32,000 nucleotides of DNA from Candidatus Electronema halotolerans (GTDB lineage: Bacteria > Desulfobacterota > Desulfobulbia > Desulfobulbales > Desulfobulbaceae): contig OW818675.1 in the NCBI GenBank assembly GCA_942493095.1, forward strand, positions 480,001-512,000. The letters run 5' to 3'. The position numbers and the translations under genes were made by a program. The notes beneath the pieces are model-generated. The model was given only the letters and a program-made list of their open reading frames with translations, was not told the origin of the DNA and did no database searches. Below, one piece after another: positions 19,167 to 29,096 of this stretch; the stretch's first letter is position 1, and every line of letters starts with the position of its first letter.

Positions 19167-19757
19167 TTATTTTTTACCCTTTCCCGACTCATCATCTGCC
19201 TTTTCCTCCTTATCCTCCATACTGACAGTGCATGAAAGAGAAAATGATTTAAGATTTCTGCCGGAATAACTTCTCAAACTGGAATTGGTCAGGGTCACAT
19301 CAGAAATATAAGGCGACTCCTCTAACTTATTCATATATTCTGCAACAGTCTGATTATCCAAGGCCATGCCGTTTATCTTCATCGTATTGCCGCTTTGATC
19401 AAGAGTGGTCAGCCACATCCGATCATTAGGCGTGAGCTTGGCCACTGCGTCAAGAAGGTGCGCTGTCAATGCAGAAGTCTTTGCCAATTTTTTGATAGTT
19501 TCAGTCTGATTTTTTATCTGTTCTTTGCTTTTTTCCAGCTCCTCAATTTCTTTTATTATCTTGGCAAGTTCCTTTTTTCTTGCCTCCAATCTTGCATTTT
19601 CAGCTGTCAAGCTGCTGACCGTGCTGACCAATATCCAGCCATAGAGCGCTAAGACAGTCAACAAGGCAAGAACAGCAATGCCAAAAAATTTGAGCTGCCG
19701 TTTGGCGAGAAACTGCTGTTTGATTTTCCTGACTGGCAGGAGATTGATCCGCAGCAT
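19167..19757 (-). CDS. pilN: Type IV pilus assembly protein PilN
   Basis: MLRINLLPVRKIKQQ...; N-terminal INLLP motif, TM helix, fimbrial assembly (PilN) fold; syntenic. Confidence 0.9.
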   Translation of the reverse strand: MLRINLLPVRKIKQQFLAKRQLKFFGIAVLALLTVLALYGWILVSTVSSLTAENARLEARKKELAKIIKEIEELEKSKEQIKNQTETIKKLAKTSALTAHLLDAVAKLTPNDRMWLTTLDQSGNTMKINGMALDNQTVAEYMNKLEESPYISDVTLTNSSLRSYSGRNLKSFSLSCTVSMEDKEEKADDESGKGKK

Positions 19758-19760
19758 GAC

Positions 19761-20807
19761 TCAGAACTCTGCCGGACGGATGGCCAGCCCGGTGGCAATG
19801 GACATTTCAGGTGCAGCCACCTTGAGATATTCCATATCAATTTTTTTATTGATTTTCATGCCATCAAATGGATTGAAATGAATCACCTCCAAACCGGTCT
19901 CTTTGGCAAGATAATCCTTCAAGCCCCGCACTTTGGAACCGCCGCCACTGAGCACCAAGGAACTCAGGGGATTGTCTGGATTGTTGTTTCGGTACAGATC
20001 AATGGCTTTTTTAATTTCCAAAACCCAGCGGGTGCAGATGCTGTTGAAAATATCATGCACCTCCTCCAGATGATCCTCCTCAGCAGGCTGGCGGCCAAGT
20101 TTGATCTTCTCAGCGTCATCATAATCTATCTCCAGCCTGTTGGCAATTTCCAGACTGATGTTGTCGCTGCCAGTCACAATATCACGGGCCAGCACAGAAG
20201 CACCGCCGGAGATGATGTTGATGTTCATTTTTGACGCGCCAATATCTACCAGACAGACATTTTTCTCGCTGCCGGAAATGGTGTTCCAGATATTCTCCAG
20301 CGCAAATCCATCCACATCCACCAGCACAGGAACCAGCTTCAGTCCCTTGACCATTTCCAGATAGGCATCAACAACCTCTTTTTTGGCAGCCACCAGCATG
20401 ACCTCGCTGCGCTCATATTCGCCTTTGGCAGCTTTGATCACCTGAAAATCCAAATACACTTCATTGATGTCAAAGGGGATGTACTGCTCGGCCTCCTCCT
20501 GAAGACGTTCAGCCAGCACCTCCTCGCTTTCCATCTCAATATTGATCTTTTTCACAATCACCGAGTAGCCGGAGATGGAGAGGCCCACGCGCTTGTTTTT
20601 AATTTTTAAATTGCTGATCAGCTCGGAAATGGCCGCGCTGACATCCTCGGCATCTTGGAGCGCGCCGTCATCTACAGCTCCGGGGGAAAGGGCTGCTGTG
20701 CCAAGCGTGAGCAGCTCATAGCTTTTGCCTGCCCGCCGCACCTCGCAGATTTTCACCGCATGAGAGCCTATATCTATGCCGACAATAGGTATTTCTTTTT
20801 TCGCCAT
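19761..20807 (-). CDS. pilM: Type IV pilus assembly protein PilM
   Basis: 348 aa; VGIDIGSHAVKICEV, EEAEQYIPFDINEVYLDF, CLVDIGASKMNINII, LVLSGGGSKVRGL; actin-like PilM. Confidence 0.93.
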   Translation of the reverse strand: MAKKEIPIVGIDIGSHAVKICEVRRAGKSYELLTLGTAALSPGAVDDGALQDAEDVSAAISELISNLKIKNKRVGLSISGYSVIVKKINIEMESEEVLAERLQEEAEQYIPFDINEVYLDFQVIKAAKGEYERSEVMLVAAKKEVVDAYLEMVKGLKLVPVLVDVDGFALENIWNTISGSEKNVCLVDIGASKMNINIISGGASVLARDIVTGSDNISLEIANRLEIDYDDAEKIKLGRQPAEEDHLEEVHDIFNSICTRWVLEIKKAIDLYRNNNPDNPLSSLVLSGGGSKVRGLKDYLAKETGLEVIHFNPFDGMKINKKIDMEYLKVAAPEMSIATGLAIRPAEF

Positions 20808-20882
20808 TTTTGCCTGTCTGTCAGCTCAATTTGCCCGCCGCCGGCGCTGAAGCCATTTCTGCACCGCAAAATACATATAAAC

Positions 20883-20912
20883 TATATAGCGCATCTGATG
20901 GAAAAAAAGCAA
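20883..20912 (-). promoter_or_regulatory. Putative sigma70-type promoter for the pil operon
   Basis: Reverse strand TTGCTT (20912..20907), 18 nt spacer, TATATA (20888..20883), upstream of pilM. Confidence 0.35.
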
Positions 20913-20935
20913 GAGGGGGTTGCATGTTTTTTCAT

Positions 20936-21664
20936 TCAGTTGATTGTGACCAGCTGCCGGACGCGGATGCTTGTTTTGAGCGGCATGCGGGAATAATCGG
21001 AATAACGCCCCTCTTCCTGAGCACTCTGATAATTCTGATACTGGCGCATGACTTTGCCCACATAAGAGATTGTTTCTGGAATGCGCGGCACAGCACCCAG
21101 CCGTCTCACTCTGGTCGGCCCGGCATTGTAGGCCGCCAGACTGAGGCGCAGATCACCGTTGAAATTGTCTAAAAGCTTTCGCAAGTAGCGGGTGCCGCCA
21201 TAGATGTTCTGCCACGGGTCAAAGGGGTCTCTGACATGCAGATATTTGGCGGTTGAAGGCATGAGCTGCATCAGTCCCTGCGCCCCTTTGGAAGAAACGG
21301 CGTAGCGGTCAAAATTTGATTCTGTTTTAATCACCGCCTTGACCAGCATGGGATCAATCTGGTTGATGCGGGCCGCATGTTCAATATGATGATCAAACTT
21401 GCTGCGATACAGACGGCTGCTGCCAAAACGGAGCTGGCGGCGGTCAATGCTGCGCACGCCGGGAAGAGAACGGATGGTCAGCTTGGGCTTGCTGCCCGAA
21501 GAAAAGCCGTAATCCACCTGCTTGTAGCGTTTGTCCGCCGGAACATTCGTATAATGGACGACTCCGCGCTCGTCGGTGTACTTGTACATTTCCCCTTGGG
21601 CCTGCCCGGCGCAGGCAACCAGGCCGGATAAAACAAGAATACAGCACAACGCGCTGTTCCGCAT
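20936..21664 (-). CDS. Lytic transglycosylase (SLT domain) with N-terminal DUF4124-like segment
   Basis: MYKYTDERGVVHYTNVPADKRYK (DUF4124-like), then INQIDPMLVKAVIKTESNFDRYAVSSKGAQGLMQLMPSTAKYL...GGTRYLRKLL...LAAYNAGP; start at the internal ATG 21664. Confidence 0.9.
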   Translation of the reverse strand: MRNSALCCILVLSGLVACAGQAQGEMYKYTDERGVVHYTNVPADKRYKQVDYGFSSGSKPKLTIRSLPGVRSIDRRQLRFGSSRLYRSKFDHHIEHAARINQIDPMLVKAVIKTESNFDRYAVSSKGAQGLMQLMPSTAKYLHVRDPFDPWQNIYGGTRYLRKLLDNFNGDLRLSLAAYNAGPTRVRRLGAVPRIPETISYVGKVMRQYQNYQSAQEEGRYSDYSRMPLKTSIRVRQLVTIN

Positions 21665-21689
21665 CACAGAATCCTCCTTTTTTTGCGGG

Positions 21690-22334
21690 TTATTGCTGCC
21701 GTTTCTCCCAGTCCGCCAGAAACTGCTCAATGCCACGGTCTGTCAGCGGATGTTTGGTCATCTGCATGATCACCTTGTACGGGATGGTGGCAATTTCTGC
21801 GCCAAGCAGGGCGGACTGCATCACGTGCATGGGACTGCGCACCGAGGCGACAATGACCTCGGTCTTGAGACCGTAATTGCGGTAAATTGTCATGATTTCG
21901 TTGACCAGCGTCATGCCTTCCTGGGCAATGTCATCCAGTCGGCCAACAAAAGGACTGACATAAGCTGCTCCGGCCTTGGCGGCGAGCAGGGCTTGGGCAG
22001 GCGAGAAAATCAGGGTGACATTGCTTCTGATGCCTGCTGCGGCAAGCTGTCTGACCGCCTTGAGTCCTTCGGCAGTCATCGGCACTTTGATGACAATATT
22101 TTTATGGAGCCGCGCCAGCTCACGGGCCTCACTGACCATGCCCTCCGCCTCCAGACTCACCACTTCAGCACTGACTGGCCCGTCAACCAAGGCGCAGATA
22201 TCGACAAGAATGTCCCGGAAAGGCCGCTGTTCCTTGGCAACTAACGAAGGATTGGTGGTCACGCCGTCAACCATGCCCAGTTCCAAGCCTTTCTTAATTT
22301 CCTCGATATTGGCGGTGTCAATGAAAAATTTCAT
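21690..22334 (-). CDS. fsa: Transaldolase / fructose-6-phosphate aldolase family protein
   Basis: 214 aa; [82 protein letters not shown]. Confidence 0.93.
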   Translation of the reverse strand: MKFFIDTANIEEIKKGLELGMVDGVTTNPSLVAKEQRPFRDILVDICALVDGPVSAEVVSLEAEGMVSEARELARLHKNIVIKVPMTAEGLKAVRQLAAAGIRSNVTLIFSPAQALLAAKAGAAYVSPFVGRLDDIAQEGMTLVNEIMTIYRNYGLKTEVIVASVRSPMHVMQSALLGAEIATIPYKVIMQMTKHPLTDRGIEQFLADWEKRQQ

Positions 22335-22618
22335 TCAGCACGTCCTTCCTGTTGAGATATGAACATGTCGCAGCAGGTTTCGCTGCAAAAATAGTAGGTT
22401 TTGCCATCATGCCGCAGGCGGACAGCCTGATGCCGGGGAATCAGGGTCCGGCAGACCGGATCTTCCTCCAGCACATCCTCGACCTCTGTCTCTTTTTTTC
22501 GGCTGTCCTGCCTCTGCCGCCGCAGTTCGTTGGTGATTTTTTCCCGAATCAGGCTGCGCAGCAATCTCCACGCGATCCAGCATAGCACAGCAAGAAGCAG
22601 CAGCCGCTGCGGCCCCAT
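22331..22618 (-). CDS. Small membrane-anchored YHS-domain protein
   Basis: 95 aa; one N-terminal hydrophobic segment then [37 protein letters not shown] (YHS/TRASH-like Cys pattern); stop overlaps the fsa start. Confidence 0.75.
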   Translation of the reverse strand: MGPQRLLLLAVLCWIAWRLLRSLIREKITNELRRQRQDSRKKETEVEDVLEEDPVCRTLIPRHQAVRLRHDGKTYYFCSETCCDMFISQQEGRAE

Positions 22619-22812
22619 TTTTTTTCTCCAAAAAAATGAAAATTTTCATTACTATTATAGGCCAAAAAATTGAAAAGTCGAACCAATTTTTTGACCCGCC
22701 TGAACGGCTTGCGGCTATACATCTGTAATAACTAACTTTTTTATAAGCAGGCCGCTCGACTGTCCGCATCAGGCAGGCGGTCAGGGCGGCGGCGGAAAGC
22801 CGCAAAAAAGAT

Positions 22813-22841
22813 TTGACATAATCTGGCAATTTTTGTAGTAA
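22813..22841 (+). promoter_or_regulatory. Putative promoter for the ATP synthase operon
   Basis: Perfect TTGACA (22813-22818), 17 nt spacer, weak TAGTAA (22836-22841), about 78 nt upstream of the first atp gene. Confidence 0.4.
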
Positions 22842-22918
22842 AGGTCATCAACTTGGCCCGCGCTACAGTCCACCCCGCAAGGGAAAATCTTTTTTTTACA
22901 GGAATCAGGAGCTGTTAT

Positions 22919-23350
22919 ATGATTTCAATCGACATCACCCTCTTTATTCATATCATCAACATGATCGTGCTGATGATCTTCCTCAACCGGATGCTCTATA
23001 AACCGGTGCTGGAAATTTTGAACAAACGCCAGGAAGAAAAGGACAAGCTGGAGGGCACTGTGGAGGAGTTTGAACGCCGCAGCAAAACCCGCCAGATGGA
23101 AGTGGACAGAAAAATGCAGACGGCCAGCGCAAAAGCAAAGAAGGCCTTGGATGAGGCCAGAAGCAAGGCCTTGGCGGAAGGTGCGGACACAATCGCTGCC
23201 ATCCGCAAGGAAGCTGATCAGGAAAAAGAGCGGCAGCTTGCTGAAATCAAGTCCAGTTTTGACACGGCCCGGCAGGAGCTGCTTGCCGACGTGGAAGCTG
23301 TTGCTCAGGAAATGGCGGCCAAGATACTGGGAAGGAGCCTGAAAGCATGA
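22919..23350 (+). CDS. atpF': ATP synthase F0 subunit b'
   Basis: MISIDITLFIHIINMIVLMIFLNRMLYKPVLEILNKRQEEKDKLEGT, a single TM helix plus a long charged coiled coil; precedes atpF. Confidence 0.85.
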   Translation: MISIDITLFIHIINMIVLMIFLNRMLYKPVLEILNKRQEEKDKLEGTVEEFERRSKTRQMEVDRKMQTASAKAKKALDEARSKALAEGADTIAAIRKEADQEKERQLAEIKSSFDTARQELLADVEAVAQEMAAKILGRSLKA

Positions 23351-24066
23351 AAACGCACAAGATGAGGAAAATTCTGCCGCTGCTGCTGGCCGCCTTGCTC
23401 TATGCAGGCCCAATGGGCGCGGCAATTGCTGCTGAACATGGCGAGACAGATCATGCTGTTCAGCAGGTAGCTGACCATTGGCCTGCGGCAACAGAGCATG
23501 ACAGCGGCTCACCTGCGGCGGAAGAGCACGGCCCTGCGGCTCATGGCGAAACAGGGCATCATGCCGGACCAATGATCACAGGAGAAAAACTGAAGGACCT
23601 GCTCTGGCGGGTCATGAACTTTGCCGCCTTGGTCTTCCTTTTGGTGAAGTTTGGCGGCAGACCGGCTGCCAGATATTTTGACGACCGCCGCCGGGGCATT
23701 GCCGATGAGCTGAAGAATATGGAAGCCCGCCGCGACGAGGCGGAGCGGGCCTGCAAAGAGTTTGAGGCCCGGCTGGCTGGCATGGAGGACGAGATTGCCC
23801 TGACTGTGGAGCGGGCTGTTGCTGCCGCAGGCAAGGAAAAAGATCGCATCCTCGCGGAAGCGGAACAGGCGGCTCAAGAAATCAGGCGGCAGGCTGAGGC
23901 GGCGGTGCAGGCTGCCATGGCAGCGGCCCAGCGCGGTCTGCAGGAGGAAGTGGCCGAACAGGCGGCGGCAATGGCGGAGCAGCTCATTGCCAGCAACCTG
24001 ACTCCGGCGGATCATGTCGCAATCATTGAACAGTATCTTGACAAAACAGGCAGGGCGACGCAATGA
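23347..24066 (+). CDS. atpF: ATP synthase F0 subunit b, with N-terminal signal-like and His-rich extension
   Basis: LLWRVMNFAALVFLLVKFGGRPAARYFDDRRRGIADELKNMEARRDEAERACKEFEARLA; syntenic with atpH/atpA. Confidence 0.88.
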   Translation: MKTHKMRKILPLLLAALLYAGPMGAAIAAEHGETDHAVQQVADHWPAATEHDSGSPAAEEHGPAAHGETGHHAGPMITGEKLKDLLWRVMNFAALVFLLVKFGGRPAARYFDDRRRGIADELKNMEARRDEAERACKEFEARLAGMEDEIALTVERAVAAAGKEKDRILAEAEQAAQEIRRQAEAAVQAAMAAAQRGLQEEVAEQAAAMAEQLIASNLTPADHVAIIEQYLDKTGRATQ

Positions 24067-24608
24067 AACAGATGATTCTGGCAAAACGGTATGCTAGGGC
24101 GATTTTTGCCCTTGGCAAGGAAAACGGCGCGGCGGAAACCTATGCGCGGACCCTCAAGGCGATTGCCGACCTTTTTGAACAGCCTGAACTCGGAATGGCT
24201 GATGCGCTGACCAACCCTCTCTATCCCCTTGAAGTCCGGCAGAAGGTCATGACCGGAATCGCCGAAGCAGCAGGCGCGGACGCGCTCTTGTCTTCTTTTC
24301 TTCATCTCTTGGTGGAGAAAAAGCGGGTTTCGGTGCTGCCGGAAGTTGCCAGCCAAGTGCGGACCATGCTGGAGCAGGAGGATAACATCAGTCATGGCTT
24401 TGTCACGTCCGCTATTGCGTTGGACAGCCCGCTGCTGGAGAAAATCCGCACCACGCTTGAGTCAATCACCGGCCACAAAATCCTTCTCGAAACGCAGGTC
24501 GATCCCGCAATTATCGGCGGCATGGTGGCCAGAGTCGGCGACTTGGTGCTGGACGGCAGCCTACGAACACAGCTTAATGGATTAAAAGAATCTATCAAGG
24601 GGAGATAA
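24063..24608 (+). CDS. atpH: ATP synthase F1 subunit delta
   Basis: 181 aa; [16 protein letters not shown]..., [65 protein letters not shown]. Confidence 0.93.
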   Translation: MKQMILAKRYARAIFALGKENGAAETYARTLKAIADLFEQPELGMADALTNPLYPLEVRQKVMTGIAEAAGADALLSSFLHLLVEKKRVSVLPEVASQVRTMLEQEDNISHGFVTSAIALDSPLLEKIRTTLESITGHKILLETQVDPAIIGGMVARVGDLVLDGSLRTQLNGLKESIKGR

Positions 24609-24615
24609 AAGTCAG

Positions 24616-26139
24616 ATGCAGATCAAAGCCTCGGAAATCAGCAGGATCATTAAAGATCAGATTGCTGGTTATGAAAGCGACATCGATTTGAAGGAAACTG
24701 GCACTGTTCTGTCAGTGGGTGACGGCATCGCTCGTGTTTACGGCGTGGAAAACTGTCAAGCTATGGAGCTGCTGGAGTTTCCTGGCGGCATTATGGGGTT
24801 GGCTCTTAACTTGGAGCAGGACAATGTCGGCGTGGCGGTCATGGGTGATGTCCGCAAAATCAAGGAAGGCGACATTGTCAAGCGGACCGGCAAGATCGCC
24901 GAGGTGCCGGTCGGGCCGGAGCTGGAAGGCCGGGTAGTGGACGGCATTGGCCAGCCCATTGACGGCAATGGGCCGCTCAATGCCAAGGAAACCCGCAAGA
25001 TGGAGGTGCTCGCGCCCGGTGTTATTGCCCGGAAGAGTGTCCATGAACCCTGCTACACGGGCTATAAAGCGATTGATGCCATGACTCCGGTGGGCCGGGG
25101 CCAGCGCGAGCTGGTCATCGGCGACCGCCAAGTCGGCAAGACCGCCCTCTGCGTGGATGCGATCATTGCGCAGAAAGGCTCAGGCGTGCATTGCGTTTAT
25201 GTGGCCACTGGTCAGAAAAAATCCACAGTCGCGCTGGTGGTTGAGGCCCTGCGCAAGCACGGAGCTATGGAGTACACCACCGTAGTTGCGGCCTGCGCCT
25301 CGGATCCTGCGCCGATGCAGTATGTATCGGCAATGGTCGGTTGTGCAATGGCGGAGTATTTCCGCGACAAGGGTCAGCATTCTCTGATTGTTTATGATGA
25401 TCTCTCTAAGCAGGCCGTATCCTATCGCGAGCTGTCTCTGCTCCTTCGCCGTCCGCCTGGACGCGAGGCCTATCCTGGCGACATCTTCTTCAACCACGCC
25501 CGTCTGCTGGAGCGGGCTGCCAAACTGAGCGACGCACTTGGCGCAGGTTCAATGACCGCCCTGCCGATTATTGAGACTCAGGCTGGCGACGTGTCCGCCT
25601 TTATTCCGACCAACGTTATCTCAATCACGGACGGGCAGGTCTTTTTAGAGCCAAATCTCTTCTTTGCTGGTGTTCGCCCGGCGATCAATGTTGGCATCTC
25701 AGTCTCCCGCGTCGGCGGCGCAGCCCAGGTCAAGGCGATGAAGCAGGTCGCAGGCACGCTGCGGCTGGACTTGGCCCAGTACCGCGAGCTGGCCGCATTC
25801 GCTGGTTTTGGTTCTGATCTTGATGCCGCCACCCAAGCCAAGCTGACTCGTGGTGAGCGGCTGGTGGAAATCCTCAAGCAGCGGCAGTATCAGCCCCTGT
25901 CCATGGAAAAGCAGGTCGCGATTATTTTTGCGGGCACCAAAGGTTTCCTGGATGAGCTGCCTGTGGAAATGCTGGCTGATTACGAGCAGGAGCTGTACAG
26001 CCACATTGAGCTGCACGAGCCGTCCATCTTCACCGAGCTGCTGGAAAAGCAGGCCATCTCGCCTGAACTGGATCAGAAGCTGAGGGCCACACTGAAGTCT
26101 TTCGGCAGCACCTTCAAGGCTGCCAGAGGCCTGAACTGA
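24616..26139 (+). CDS. atpA: ATP synthase F1 subunit alpha
   Basis: 507 aa; [31 protein letters not shown], and conserved C-terminal alpha-subunit sequence. Confidence 0.98.
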   Translation: MQIKASEISRIIKDQIAGYESDIDLKETGTVLSVGDGIARVYGVENCQAMELLEFPGGIMGLALNLEQDNVGVAVMGDVRKIKEGDIVKRTGKIAEVPVGPELEGRVVDGIGQPIDGNGPLNAKETRKMEVLAPGVIARKSVHEPCYTGYKAIDAMTPVGRGQRELVIGDRQVGKTALCVDAIIAQKGSGVHCVYVATGQKKSTVALVVEALRKHGAMEYTTVVAACASDPAPMQYVSAMVGCAMAEYFRDKGQHSLIVYDDLSKQAVSYRELSLLLRRPPGREAYPGDIFFNHARLLERAAKLSDALGAGSMTALPIIETQAGDVSAFIPTNVISITDGQVFLEPNLFFAGVRPAINVGISVSRVGGAAQVKAMKQVAGTLRLDLAQYRELAAFAGFGSDLDAATQAKLTRGERLVEILKQRQYQPLSMEKQVAIIFAGTKGFLDELPVEMLADYEQELYSHIELHEPSIFTELLEKQAISPELDQKLRATLKSFGSTFKAARGLN

Positions 26140-26155
26140 GAGCGGGGCACGAGCC

Positions 26156-27022
26156 ATGCCGGGATTAAAGGAAGTCAAAAACAAAATCGAAGGCGTTTCC
26201 AAAACATCGCAGATCACCAAGGCGATGAACATGGTCGCCTCGGCCAAGCTGCGCGGGGCGCAGATGCGGATGGAAAAGTTCCGTCCCTATGCGGAGAAGT
26301 TCGCCCAAGCCATGCAGAAAATATCTGCTGGATACATCGGCGAGCAGAAGCTGATGGCAGTCCGCGAGGTGAAGGCGGTTGAGCTGATCGTTGTCACTTC
26401 AGACCGTGGTCTCTGCGGCAGCTTCAACACCAATATCATCAACAAGGCGCAGAAGCTGATTGCCGAGCATGAACAGGCGGGCCGGACTGTCACAGTGGTG
26501 ACAGTGGGCAACAAGGCGGCCCAGGCCTTTAAGCGGTCAGGCAAAATCCGCCGCTCCTTCAACGACATCATGGGCAGTTTTCAGATGTTCAATGCCCGCG
26601 AGATTGCTGAGGATGCGGCCCGTATTTTCCTTGAGGGCAAGGCGGACCGGACTGAGCTGGTCTATGCCAAGTTCAAGTCGCTGGCAGCGCAGGTTCCGAC
26701 GCGGGATATCCTGCTGCCTGTCAGCCCGACAGCAGGCGGGACAGCAGCGGACAGTGCTGGCGGAGAATACATCTATGAGCCGTCGCCAGATGAAATCATG
26801 GAGAATCTGCTGCCCCTGAATCTCAATGTGCAGGTGCTGCACGCCATGATTGAGGTCAGCGCAGGCGAGCAGGCGGCTCGGATGACGGCCATGGACAATG
26901 CGACCAAGGCCTGCGGCGACATGATCCGCGAGCTGACCCAGCTGTACAACAAGGCCCGTCAGGCGGCCATCACCGGCGACCTGATGGACATCGTCGGCGG
27001 CGCCGAGGCCCTGAAGGGATAA
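26156..27022 (+). CDS. atpG: ATP synthase F1 subunit gamma
   Basis: 288 aa; KNKIEGVSKTSQITKAMNMVASAKLRGAQ, TSDRGLCGSFNTNI, MTAMDNATKACGDMIRELTQLYNKARQAAIT. Confidence 0.97.
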   Translation: MPGLKEVKNKIEGVSKTSQITKAMNMVASAKLRGAQMRMEKFRPYAEKFAQAMQKISAGYIGEQKLMAVREVKAVELIVVTSDRGLCGSFNTNIINKAQKLIAEHEQAGRTVTVVTVGNKAAQAFKRSGKIRRSFNDIMGSFQMFNAREIAEDAARIFLEGKADRTELVYAKFKSLAAQVPTRDILLPVSPTAGGTAADSAGGEYIYEPSPDEIMENLLPLNLNVQVLHAMIEVSAGEQAARMTAMDNATKACGDMIRELTQLYNKARQAAITGDLMDIVGGAEALKG

Positions 27023-28489
<1,467 letters not shown>

Positions 28490-28529
28490 ACCGTTTCAGA
28501 ACAACCATTTCAGGCGGAGGTGAAAAAGA

Positions 28530-28949
28530 ATGGCCCAGCAGATACATCTGGAAGTGGTGACTCCTGCCGGACAGCTTGTCAGCGAGGATGTTGATATTGT
28601 CACTGCGCCGGGCACCAGCGGAGAATTCGGGGTGCTGGCGCATCACGCCAACTATCTGACCACTATAAAAACAGGCGTGCTGTCGTTTAAAACAGACAAA
28701 CAGCTCAAATATATGATGGTCAGTGAAGGCTTTGCCGAGGTCTCAGACAACACTGTCACCTTTTTGGTGGAAAGTGCTGAGTACGGTTATGACATTGACG
28801 TTAAACGCGCCATGCAGGCCAAAGAGCGGGCTGAGAGACGTTTGATACAGGCGCAGGCGCACGATGAGGACCTGAATCGAATTCAGGTCGAAGCCGCGCT
28901 CCATCGGGCAGTTGCCAGACTCGCAGCGGCGGAGCGTTCCAAGCTGTAG
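28530..28949 (+). CDS. atpC: ATP synthase F1 subunit epsilon
   Basis: 139 aa; LEVVTPAGQLVSEDVDIVTAPGTSGEFGVLAHHANYLTTIKTGVL, the typical epsilon N-terminal domain. Confidence 0.95.
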   Translation: MAQQIHLEVVTPAGQLVSEDVDIVTAPGTSGEFGVLAHHANYLTTIKTGVLSFKTDKQLKYMMVSEGFAEVSDNTVTFLVESAEYGYDIDVKRAMQAKERAERRLIQAQAHDEDLNRIQVEAALHRAVARLAAAERSKL

Positions 28950-28978
28950 CCGCATCACATCGGAAAGATGCGCATGAG

Positions 28979-29007
28979 AGGCCGCCCTGCTGGGTGGCCT
29001 TTTTTTC
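28979..29007 (+). terminator. Rho-independent terminator of the atp operon
   Basis: Stem aggccgccc / gggtggcct (one G-U pair), loop tgct, followed by a T-run; about 30 nt after the atpC stop. Confidence 0.88.
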
Positions 29008-29049
29008 ATGACCTTGATGGATGGGTTATGACGGCATGAGCATGATGGT

Positions 29050-29077
29050 GCAGGGAAAATTCATGAATTTCCCCTGC
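29050..29077. repeat. Near-perfect inverted repeat in the atpC / PP2C convergent intergenic region
   Basis: gcagggaaaattcatgaatttcccctgc; one mismatch (29056/29071); no adjacent T tract. Confidence 0.6.
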
Positions 29078-29096
29078 GAATGAATTGACCTGTTTG

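Noticed and set aside
20909-20923. gcaagagggggttgc as a terminator of the lytic transglycosylase gene on the minus strand
   Set aside because: The stem is only 4 bp despite the following T-run; too weak to call. It also overlaps the candidate pil promoter -35.
22925-23572. 215-aa minus-strand ORF, and the other long antisense ORFs opposite mtaD, pilus, atp and ABC genes
   Set aside because: All are antisense to confidently identified genes with normal coding signal; this is typical of GC-rich codon usage.
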